The position numbers and the translations under genes were made by a program. Shown here piece by piece: positions 34,797 through 43,046 of a stretch of DNA of 52,473 nucleotides (position 1 is the stretch's first letter; each line of letters opens with the position of its first letter). Source of the stretch: an uncultured Alphaproteobacteria bacterium (GTDB lineage: Bacteria > Pseudomonadota > Alphaproteobacteria > Geminicoccales > Geminicoccaceae); the NCBI GenBank assembly GCA_937926445.1, contig CALBAK010000064.1, forward strand, positions 1-52,473. Reading direction: 5' to 3'. The notes below the pieces were generated by a model. It saw only the letters and a program-made list of their open reading frames with translations. It searched no databases and was not told where the DNA came from.

Positions 34797-37439
34797 TCAA
34801 CCCGCCACCGCCGCGGGCTCGCGCTGGGGACCGCCGAGCTGGGCGAAGCTTCCGTCGGCCACTACCCGGCCGCGCTCGATCACGAGCACGCGCTCGAACC
34901 GACCGGCCCAATCCTGGTCCTGCAGAGACCAGATCACCGAGCGGTCGCGGAAGGTCTCGAGCAACGCCTCGCGGACGAGCGGTTGGTCGGCGGCATCCAG
35001 CGCCAACATCGGCTCATGCAGGATGACGAGCTCGGGCCGGCGCAGCACTTCACGGGCGATCGCGAGTTTCTGGCGCTGCGCCAGGGTCAGTCGCGCGCCG
35101 CCGATCCCGCATTCGGCCCCGAGGCCCACCTCGATCACCGCATCGCGCAGGCCGTGCGCATCGACGACCTCTCCCAGGAGCGCGGCCACCCGCGTGGCAG
35201 CCCGGGCCTGGCCGTAGGCGACCTTGCCGAACAAGATGTTCTCCTGGACCGAGGCGGCCGGATTGACGTGGTTGGGATCGAAGAAGGCGACCGCGCCCAC
35301 GAGCCCGGCCGGCAGGCCTTCGCGGAAGCGCTTGCGGGCCTCGAGGACCCGGGCCTGGAGTGCTTCGTCGATCAACCCGAGACGATGGCGGGCCACGACG
35401 AGCTTGAACGGAAGGTCGAGGAGGTGGTCGCGCTCGGCGGCCGACAGGCGGTCGAGCCGATCGACAGTCGTCTTTCCCAGGATCGCCTTGAATTTCGGCA
35501 GATTCTCCGGTGCGATGAACGCGAACTGCCGGTAATATTCGTGGTCCGCCGGCAGGTCGGCGAACAGCTCGACCATGGTCTGCGCGAGCCGGTAGCCGAC
35601 CCGCTGCAGTTCGGCCACGAGCCCGGTCTCCTCGAGCACGGAGCGGACATAGGGATGGCTCGCGAGATGCTCGAGGTCGAAGACGCGACCCACGGGCATG
35701 CCGAAGAGCAGGTTCTCGGCGAGCGTGGCGTTGCCGTTGTAGCGATCGGGATCGAACGGCTCGACCAGCCGGGCGAGCCGCTCGTCGCCGGCCAGTCGCG
35801 CGCGCATCGCGCGACGGGCCTCGAGGATCCGACCGGCGAGCTCGGGGCGGTTCGCGGGCAGCTGCCCCCGCAGACCGAAGGCGTAGACGTCGGCCGTCAG
35901 GCGCGCGACGTCGAGTGCTCGGATCATCGCCGGCAGCCGCTCCGCCGGCTCGCGCACTCCCGCCGCTTCCCAATCGACCCAGTCGGCGTCGACCGGATCC
36001 GGCGAGTTGCCTGAAGCCAGGGCCTCGTGCCGGTCGCGGGCGTGCCGGACGCGGTCGGCGGCCGTCGGTTCGATCAGGCGCAGCGGTCGATGCTTGAGCC
36101 CGTAGAGGAGGTTGTCCTCGACCGTGCCGGCAATCAGTGCCGGCTGGCTGCCGATATAGGCGATCTTCCGGCCGAGCACCGATTCCGGCAGCTCGTGGAA
36201 GGCCATATCGTCGATCAGGACGCGCCCCGCATGCGGCACGAGGAGCCCCGCGAGCAGCAGGGTTAGCTCCTCGCGGCCACCCCCGGCGGGGCCGATGAGC
36301 GCCACCCTGCAGGGGAGCTCGAGGTCGAGCTCGATCCGGTCGAGCACGGGCTCGCCGCCGTCGTCGAGCAGCGTGACACCGGTCAAGCGAAGGTGCGTGG
36401 CGGTAAAGGAGGGGACGCGCTGCGGCTCGCCGGTCAGAAGCTCGGCGGGCTTGAGGCCGGGCGGTGCGAACTGGGACACGGTCTGCTCGTATTTGATCCG
36501 GACATCGTACATCGTCTGATAATAGGTCAAGAGCTCTTTCCACGGCGCGGACAGGTCCTTGTGCGCCCCTACCACGGCCACGAGTGCACCCAGCGTAATG
36601 TCTCCGTGGATCACGAGCCAGCCGCCGATCGAGAAGAAGAAGAACGGGCCGAGCTGCGCGATGAAGTTGTTCAGAAATTTGATCAGGAACTTCTTCTTGT
36701 AGATCGCGAACCGGATCCAGAACACGGCCCCGAGTTGCTCGCTGAAGCGGGCGAGCTCGTAGCGTGCCGTGTCGTGGGCGTGGATCTCGCGGATCGTGGC
36801 GCAGGTCTCGCTGATCCGCTCGGCGTTGCGACGGACCTGGCGGACCCGTTGCTTGGCGAGCTCGTTGACCTGCCGCTGCAGGCGCGGGATCAGCCAGATC
36901 TGCAGCGGATAGAGCGCGATCGCTGCGAAGCCGAGAACCGGGTCCTGCATGAACATGAAGGTCAGGATCGTGAGCAGCGTCCCGCCCTGGAACGCCGGCA
37001 CGGCGAGGGCGTCGCCCACGAACCCGCCGAGCGCTTCGGTCTCGGCGTTGATCATCTGCACGAGTTCGCCCTGGCTCACCTTCCGGAAGTGTGGGAGAGG
37101 GAAGCGCAGGACGTGCTCGTAGAGCTGATAGCGCAGCCGTCGCAGCATGCGCTCGGCGACGATCCCGGCGTAGACATTCAAGACGTACTTCAGCCCACCG
37201 CCGATCAGCACGAGCAGCAGGAACAGACCGCACAGCGCGAACAGGTAAGTGGTACGCTCGAGGTCTTGGCCGAACAGGACCCACGGACCATCTGGGTCGC
37301 CAAGAGCTCGGTTGATGATCGTCTTCGGCAGCTCGAGCGAGAAGTAGAGCGGCGGGAAAGACAGCGCGGTCAGCCCCAGGATGAGAAGCTGCTGTCGCCA
37401 GCTGTACTTTCGGATGAACGCATAGATCGACTGTTCCAT
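34797..37439 (-). CDS. ABC exporter-like protein: type-I ABC transmembrane domain fused to an enlarged, degenerate nucleotide-binding domain
   Basis: ATG 37439 = M92 of track ORF 34797..37712 (MEQSIYAFIRKYSWRQQLLILGL..., 880 aa). About 6 TM helices, then an NBD with Walker A GPAGGGREEL (no Lys-Ser/Thr), Q-loop GSQ, a roughly 300-aa insertion, signature LTLAQRQK (not LSGGQ), Walker B LVILHEP (Asp to His), and no H-loop His. Three repeated segments TVEDNLLYG / TLAENLLFG / SVQENILFG. Confidence 0.65.
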   Translation of the reverse strand: MEQSIYAFIRKYSWRQQLLILGLTALSFPPLYFSLELPKTIINRALGDPDGPWVLFGQDLERTTYLFALCGLFLLLVLIGGGLKYVLNVYAGIVAERMLRRLRYQLYEHVLRFPLPHFRKVSQGELVQMINAETEALGGFVGDALAVPAFQGGTLLTILTFMFMQDPVLGFAAIALYPLQIWLIPRLQRQVNELAKQRVRQVRRNAERISETCATIREIHAHDTARYELARFSEQLGAVFWIRFAIYKKKFLIKFLNNFIAQLGPFFFFSIGGWLVIHGDITLGALVAVVGAHKDLSAPWKELLTYYQTMYDVRIKYEQTVSQFAPPGLKPAELLTGEPQRVPSFTATHLRLTGVTLLDDGGEPVLDRIELDLELPCRVALIGPAGGGREELTLLLAGLLVPHAGRVLIDDMAFHELPESVLGRKIAYIGSQPALIAGTVEDNLLYGLKHRPLRLIEPTAADRVRHARDRHEALASGNSPDPVDADWVDWEAAGVREPAERLPAMIRALDVARLTADVYAFGLRGQLPANRPELAGRILEARRAMRARLAGDERLARLVEPFDPDRYNGNATLAENLLFGMPVGRVFDLEHLASHPYVRSVLEETGLVAELQRVGYRLAQTMVELFADLPADHEYYRQFAFIAPENLPKFKAILGKTTVDRLDRLSAAERDHLLDLPFKLVVARHRLGLIDEALQARVLEARKRFREGLPAGLVGAVAFFDPNHVNPAASVQENILFGKVAYGQARAATRVAALLGEVVDAHGLRDAVIEVGLGAECGIGGARLTLAQRQKLAIAREVLRRPELVILHEPMLALDAADQPLVREALLETFRDRSVIWSLQDQDWAGRFERVLVIERGRVVADGSFAQLGGPQREPAAVAG

Positions 37440-37515
37440 CCGCCCCGCCTGGCTGCCCGTCCAGGAGAGCCTAGTCGAGGACGATAGCTCGTGCAAAAGG
37501 TGACGTCGATGCTGA

Positions 37516-38898
37516 TCAGGTCGGTTGCGAAGCGCCCGCGGGCGCGACGGGCAGCCGCAGACGCGCCCGGAGGCCGCCCGTGGGCCGGTTAGAGAGATCG
37601 ACGTCGCCGCCATGGCTGCGAGTGATGCCGCGAGCGATCGCCAGCCCGAGCCCGACCCCGCCGGTCTCGCGCGAGCGCGAGGTCTCGAGCCGGATGAACG
37701 GCTCGAACACATCCTCGATCCGGTCCTCGGGAATCCCGGGGCCCTCGTCGTCGATCGTGACGATCGCCTCGTTGCCCTCGCGGCTGAGGCTCACACTTGC
37801 TCGCTTGCCGTAGGCGAGAGCGTTCTCCACGAGGTTGCGAATCGCCCGCTTGAACGCCGCAGGGCGGATCCGGGCGACCAGTGGCTCGGCGGCGACCAGC
37901 CGTGCATCGCCGCCGAGTTGGGCCGTGTCCTCGACCACGCTCTCGACGAGGGCCGCGAGATCGACCTCGCGAACCGGTTCGCCTGTCGCCTCGTCGCGGG
38001 CGAAAGCGAGGGTCGCTTCGACCATCCGCTGCATCTCGTCCAGGGTGGCGCACATCCGCGCCCGCGCCTCCTCGTCGTCGAGCAGCTCGACGCGCAGCCG
38101 CAGGCTCGTGATCGGCGTGCGCAGATCGTGGCCGAGGGCAGCGAGCAGGCGGGTCCGATCGGCGATGAAGCGAGCGAGCCGCTCCTGCATCCGATTGAAG
38201 GCGGCGATGGCCCGGCGCACTTCCTCTGGACCCTGCTCGGGAAGCGGCGTGCCCGCCTCGCCGCGCCCGAGCCGCTCGGCTGCCGAGGCGAGGCCGGCGA
38301 GCGGCCGGGTCGCGCGCCGGGTGCCGACCAGCACCGCCACCACCAGGAGTCCAGCCAGCAGCAACAGCATGATCGCGTAGGGTCGGGCGAAGCCTGGCGT
38401 CGGCGGCGGCAGATCGCCCCGGGCATTCAGCCACCCACCATCGGGCAGGGCGATGGACACCGCGGCCACCAGTCGCGAGCGCCGCCAGGGAACGCCCTCG
38501 GCGTCGTCGTCGGTTTCCATCCAGCGACGCTCGCGTGGCACGGGTTGAACGCGGACCGCCCGCGCCGCTGGTCCCAGCTCGCGCAGGAGGCGGCGGGCGA
38601 GAGGGTGACGGTCGGCCCGGCCGTGCTCGGCCACCGCTGGTTCATGATCGAGCGAGAGAGCAAGCGGTCGGCCGGCCAGCGCCGCAACGATCGCGGAATG
38701 GCTCGCGGCCGGCGTGGCGGCGAGCACTCGGACGAGCGGGACGAGCTGCTCGACCACCCGCTCGCCACGCACCTGCTCGAAGGCCAGCCGCCGCTCGTCG
38801 GCGAAGATCCAGAGGGCGATCGCCTGGGCGCTCAGCACGGCGAGCATCACGAGCATCACGAGCCGGCCTGCGAGCGTCCTGGGCCAACGGCGGATCAT
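37516..38898 (-). CDS. sensor histidine kinase (EnvZ-like: 2 TM, HAMP, HisKA, HATPase_c)
   Basis: Track ORF 460 aa. H-box LGHDLRTPITSLRLRVELL, N-box VENALAYG, G-boxes IDDEGPGIP and GGVGLGLAIARGI. ATG overlaps the response-regulator TGA (ATGA). Confidence 0.85.
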   Translation of the reverse strand: MIRRWPRTLAGRLVMLVMLAVLSAQAIALWIFADERRLAFEQVRGERVVEQLVPLVRVLAATPAASHSAIVAALAGRPLALSLDHEPAVAEHGRADRHPLARRLLRELGPAARAVRVQPVPRERRWMETDDDAEGVPWRRSRLVAAVSIALPDGGWLNARGDLPPPTPGFARPYAIMLLLLAGLLVVAVLVGTRRATRPLAGLASAAERLGRGEAGTPLPEQGPEEVRRAIAAFNRMQERLARFIADRTRLLAALGHDLRTPITSLRLRVELLDDEEARARMCATLDEMQRMVEATLAFARDEATGEPVREVDLAALVESVVEDTAQLGGDARLVAAEPLVARIRPAAFKRAIRNLVENALAYGKRASVSLSREGNEAIVTIDDEGPGIPEDRIEDVFEPFIRLETSRSRETGGVGLGLAIARGITRSHGGDVDLSNRPTGGLRARLRLPVAPAGASQPT

Positions 38899-39614
38899 TC
38901 GCGGGTCACCTCGGCCTCGAAGCTGTAGCCGCCGCCCCAGTGCGTGCGGATCAGCTCGGGCCGCCGTGCGTCGCGCTCGATCTTGCGCCGCAGCCGCAGC
39001 ACTTGGTTGTCGATCGCTCGGTCGAACGGCGCCGCCTCGCGGCCGCGCGTGAGATCGAGGAGCTGGTCGCGCGAGAGCACCATGCGCGGATGGTCGAGGA
39101 AGGCGGAGAGCAGCAGGAACTCGCCGGTACTCAGCGGTACCGCGACGCCGTCCGGGCCGACCAGGTCGCGCCGGCCGACCTCGAGCGTCCAGCGGTCGAA
39201 ACGGATCCGCTCGCCGGCCGGGCGCCCGCGGCGCGGTGGCAGCGCGCGGGCGCGCCGCAGCACCGCCTTGATGCGAGCCAGGAGCTCGCGGGGATTGAAC
39301 GGCTTCGCGACATAGTCGTCGGCGCCCATCTCGAGGCCGACGATCCGGTCGGTCTCCTCGCCGAGCGCGGTGAGCAGCACGATCGGCACGTCGCCTTGCG
39401 CCCGCAGCTGTCGGCAGAGTGACAGCCCGTCCTCGCCCGGCATCATGATGTCGAGGACGACGAGGTCGATCGCTGCGGTCTGCAGGACGCGGCGGCCGGC
39501 CTGCGCGTTCTCGGCCGTACTCACCCGGAAGCCGTGCTTGGCGAGATAGCGGGCGAGCGGTTCGCGGATGTCGCGGTGGTCGTCGACCACGAGAAGATGC
39601 GGCTCGTTCTCCAT
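38895..39614 (-). CDS. OmpR-family response regulator (receiver plus winged-helix)
   Basis: C-terminal 239 codons of track ORF 38895..40469 starting MENEPHLLVVDDHRDIREPL..., phospho-Asp context DLVVLDIMMPGEDG, winged-helix C-terminus ...IRTHWGGGYSFEA. Confidence 0.85.
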   Translation of the reverse strand: MENEPHLLVVDDHRDIREPLARYLAKHGFRVSTAENAQAGRRVLQTAAIDLVVLDIMMPGEDGLSLCRQLRAQGDVPIVLLTALGEETDRIVGLEMGADDYVAKPFNPRELLARIKAVLRRARALPPRRGRPAGERIRFDRWTLEVGRRDLVGPDGVAVPLSTGEFLLLSAFLDHPRMVLSRDQLLDLTRGREAAPFDRAIDNQVLRLRRKIERDARRPELIRTHWGGGYSFEAEVTRE

Positions 39615-39786
39615 GGCGCTGATTCTACCGAAGGCGCCTCCGCTCGGCACCCGCTCGACTGTAACAGCTGATCGCAGAGATCGGCACGCGCCAGAACTGG
39701 CGACCGATCGGTCGGCCGCTCGACAAACTCTCGCGACAGGCGGATGGTCTAGGGTGGACGTGCGCAAAGAGCGGAGGATCGGTGGG

Positions 39787-40347
39787 ATGACGGAGAACGA
39801 TCGGGAGGACCGCGGAAGCGGCCGGCCGACCGGCCGTGGCCGGCGGCTCCTGCTAGCGGGCGCGGGTCTGGTAGCGCTCGGTACCACCCTGGCCTGGGCC
39901 GGGACGAGCCTGGCGGACGCTTGGTGCGGCGGCCCCGGTCCCTGGGGGCGCGGACCGGGCACGATGGGGACGATGATGTTCGACCAGCTCGACGCCGACG
40001 GCGACGGGCGGGTCTCGCGCGCCGAGATGGAGAGCTTCCGCGCCGATCGGTCGCGCAGCGCCGACCGCAACGGCGACGGCCGGCTCGACCAGCAGGAGTT
40101 CGAGACCTTCTGGCTCGAGGTCACCCGGCCAATGCGGATCCGCGCCTTCCAGTTCCTGGACTCGGACGGCGACGGTGTCGTCACGGCGGGCGAGCTGCAG
40201 CGGCAGACCGATCGCATGTTCGCCCGAATGGACCGCGACGGCGACGGCTTCCTCGCGCCGCTCGCGCCGGCCGAGCGCGACCGCATGCGCGAGCGGATGC
40301 GGGAGCGCGACCGGAACCGCGACCATCGGGGGCCACATCGCGACTGA
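39787..40347 (+). CDS. EF-hand calcium-binding protein with twin-arginine-like signal peptide
   Basis: ATG 39787 (M74 of track ORF 39568, GGAGGA RBS 8 nt upstream). GRGRRLLLAGAGLVALGTTLAWAG signal. Four DxDGDG EF-hand loops (DADGDGRVSRAE, DRNGDGRLDQQE, DSDGDGVVTAGE, DRDGDGFL). Confidence 0.6.
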   Translation: MTENDREDRGSGRPTGRGRRLLLAGAGLVALGTTLAWAGTSLADAWCGGPGPWGRGPGTMGTMMFDQLDADGDGRVSRAEMESFRADRSRSADRNGDGRLDQQEFETFWLEVTRPMRIRAFQFLDSDGDGVVTAGELQRQTDRMFARMDRDGDGFLAPLAPAERDRMRERMRERDRNRDHRGPHRD

Positions 40348-40461
40348 TCCGGTTCGCCCGACCGGAGCCGGCTCTCGTGCCGGCTCCGGTCATCGCGCCG
40401 CGTTGCGGCAGCCCCGCGCGGGGCTATCGTTGGGCGGTCCGCGCAGGAGGGAGGGCCGGCC

Positions 40462-42366
40462 ATGAGCATCTACAGGGCGATCTGGCGGCGTAGCCTCGAG
40501 GATCCCGAGGGCTTCTGGGCCGAGGCGGCCGAGGCGCTGCACTGGGACCGGCGCTGGGACCGTGTGCTCGATTCCTCGCGCCCGCCATTCTATCGCTGGT
40601 TCACCGGCGGCATGCTCAACACCTGCTGGAATGCGGTCGACCGCCACGTCGTGGCGGGCCGCGGCGCGCAGCCGGCGCTGATCCACGACAGCCCGGTCAG
40701 CGGCACGATCTGCACGCTCACCTACGCCGAGCTGCAGGATGCGGTGGCTCGGTTCGCGGGGGCGCTCGTTCGCCTGGGCACACGCAAGGGCGATCGAGTG
40801 ATCGTCTACATGCCGATGGTGCCGGAGGCGATCGTCGCCATGCTGGCCTGCGCGCGGATCGGCGCGATCCATTCGGTCGTCTTCGGCGGCTTCGCGAGCC
40901 ACGAGCTCGCCAAGCGCATCGACGACGCGAAGCCCACGCTCGTCGTCTCAGCCTCCTGCGGCATCGAGCCCGGTCGGGTGGTGGCCTACAAGCCGCTGCT
41001 CGATGCCGCGATCGACCAGGCCAAGCACAAGCCGCGCCACTGCATCGTCCTCCAGCGGCCGCAGCTGCGGGCCGAGCTCGTGCCCGGCCGCGATCTCGAC
41101 TGGCAGGAGGCGGTGGCCGGTGCTCATGCCGTGGACTGCGTGCCCGTCGCCGCCACCGACCCGCTTTACATCCTCTACACTTCCGGCACCACCGGACAGC
41201 CCAAGGGCATCGTCCGCGACAACGGCGGCCACGCTGTGGCACTGCTCTGGAGCATGCGCAACATCTACGGTGTTCAGCCGGGCGAGGTCTACTGGGCGGC
41301 TTCGGACGTGGGCTGGGTCGTGGGCCACAGCTACATCTGCTACGCGCCGCTCCTGAACGGCAACACGACCGTGGTCTACGAGGGCAAGCCGGTCGGTACC
41401 CCCGATCCCGGTGCCTTTTGGCGAGTCATCGCCCAGCACGACGTCAAAGTGCTGTTCACCGCGCCTACGGCCTTCCGCGCCATCCGCAAAGAGGATCCCG
41501 AAGGAGCGTATCTGAAGCGCTACGACCTTTCTCGCTTCCGGGCGCTCTTCCTGGCGGGCGAGCGTTGCGACCCGGACACGCTCTTGTGGGCCGAGGCGCA
41601 GCTCGGCGTGCCCGTGATCGACCATTGGTGGCAGACCGAGACCGGCTGGGCGATCTGCGCCAACCCGCTCGGCGTCGAGCGCTTGCCGGTCAAGCCGGGC
41701 TCGCCCACCCTGCCTATGCCCGGTTACGACGTGCGGGTGCTAAACGAGGAAGGTCGCGAGGTCGAGCCCGGGAAACTCGGCGCCATCTGCGTCAAGTTGC
41801 CTTTGCCACCCTCCTGCTTGCCGACGCTCTGGAACGCCGACGACCGCTTCGTGCAGTCCTATCTGTCGCGTTATCCCGGATACTATCTCACCGGCGACGC
41901 CGGCTTCGTCGACGAGGACGGCTACCTTTTCATCATGAGCCGGATCGACGACGTCATCAACGTCGCCGGCCACCGGCTGTCGACCGGCGCGATTGAGGAG
42001 GTTCTGGCTTCGCACAAGGACGTCGCGGAATGCGCGGTGATCGGTGTGGCAGACGAACTCAAAGGGGAGCTGCCGCTCGGCTTCATCGTGTTGAAAGCCG
42101 GGGTCGATCGGCCGCACGGCGAGATCGAGAAGGAACTCGTCCAGAAAGTGCGCGACGAGATCGGCCCGGTCGCAGCGTTCAAGCTGGTGGCCGTCGTCAA
42201 ACGTCTGCCCAAGACGCGCTCCGGAAAGATCCTCCGCGGTACCATGAAGAAGATCGCCGACGGTGCACCCTGGACCATTCCGGCGACGATCGACGATCCC
42301 GCGATCCTCGACGAAATCGTGGAAGCACTGGCTCGATTGGGCTATCCGCGCAGGACTCGCGGCTGA
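40462..42366 (+). CDS. prpE: propionate--CoA ligase (AMP-forming acyl-CoA synthetase, PrpE-like)
   Basis: Track ORF 634 aa. Near-collinear with PrpE: DPEGFWAEAA...YMPMVPEAIVAMLACARIGAIHSVVFGGFAS...YTSGTTGQPKG...LPKTRSGKILR. GGAGGGAGGG RBS. Confidence 0.8.
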   Translation: MSIYRAIWRRSLEDPEGFWAEAAEALHWDRRWDRVLDSSRPPFYRWFTGGMLNTCWNAVDRHVVAGRGAQPALIHDSPVSGTICTLTYAELQDAVARFAGALVRLGTRKGDRVIVYMPMVPEAIVAMLACARIGAIHSVVFGGFASHELAKRIDDAKPTLVVSASCGIEPGRVVAYKPLLDAAIDQAKHKPRHCIVLQRPQLRAELVPGRDLDWQEAVAGAHAVDCVPVAATDPLYILYTSGTTGQPKGIVRDNGGHAVALLWSMRNIYGVQPGEVYWAASDVGWVVGHSYICYAPLLNGNTTVVYEGKPVGTPDPGAFWRVIAQHDVKVLFTAPTAFRAIRKEDPEGAYLKRYDLSRFRALFLAGERCDPDTLLWAEAQLGVPVIDHWWQTETGWAICANPLGVERLPVKPGSPTLPMPGYDVRVLNEEGREVEPGKLGAICVKLPLPPSCLPTLWNADDRFVQSYLSRYPGYYLTGDAGFVDEDGYLFIMSRIDDVINVAGHRLSTGAIEEVLASHKDVAECAVIGVADELKGELPLGFIVLKAGVDRPHGEIEKELVQKVRDEIGPVAAFKLVAVVKRLPKTRSGKILRGTMKKIADGAPWTIPATIDDPAILDEIVEALARLGYPRRTRG

Positions 42367-42507
42367 GCGCCGACCTTTTGGATCAAGAGAATCACGATAT
42401 GCGGCGGCGTGCCGCATCGATCGCGTCATCCCCCCCATGCGTCTTGCGCAACGCAGCCTTTCCGGTATTTTCGCAATCCCCGATGTACCCGCATGGAGGG
42501 AGGCGTC

Positions 42508-43032
42508 ATGCGAGCTTGCAAGCAGCTCGTCGAAGTCGGCCGCCGGCAGTTTCTGCGTGGCGGCGGGAGCGTCGCGGTCGGTGCGGCCGCTGCGATGGTC
42601 GGCGGTGGCGAGGCACAGGCGGCGAGCCCTGCTCTGGCTCGCGCCAACTATCCGAGCACGCGTCTCGCGAACATCAAAGATCTCAAGGTCAACGAGCCGA
42701 AGGACGTGACCTATCCCGATGCCGACATGCCGGGCGTGCTTTTGAAGCTCGGCAAGAAGGTGCCGGGTGGCGTCGGTCCAGACGGCGATATCGTCGGCTT
42801 CACGACTATTTGCCCGCACAAGGGTTTCCCGCTCTTCTATCGGGCCGACGACCGCACACTCAACTGCCCCGGCCACTATTCGCGCTTCGACTGTGAGGCG
42901 GGTGGCCAGCAGATTTGGGGTCAGGCTACGCAGAACTTGCCGCAGTACATCCTGCGGGTCGACGCCAAGGGCGACATCTATGCCGAAGGTGTCGACGAGC
43001 TCCTCTATGGCAGGCTCAGCAACGTGCTCTGA
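42508..43032 (+). CDS. aioB: arsenite oxidase small (Rieske) subunit
   Basis: ATG 42508 (M34 of track ORF 42409, GGAGGGAGG RBS). Tat motif GRRQFLRGG. Rieske boxes CPHKGFP and CPGHYSRF. C-terminus ...GDIYAEGVDELLYGRLSNVL matches AioB/AoxA. Confidence 0.85.
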   Translation: MRACKQLVEVGRRQFLRGGGSVAVGAAAAMVGGGEAQAASPALARANYPSTRLANIKDLKVNEPKDVTYPDADMPGVLLKLGKKVPGGVGPDGDIVGFTTICPHKGFPLFYRADDRTLNCPGHYSRFDCEAGGQQIWGQATQNLPQYILRVDAKGDIYAEGVDELLYGRLSNVL

Positions 43033-43046
43033 AGGGAGGAACGCCC

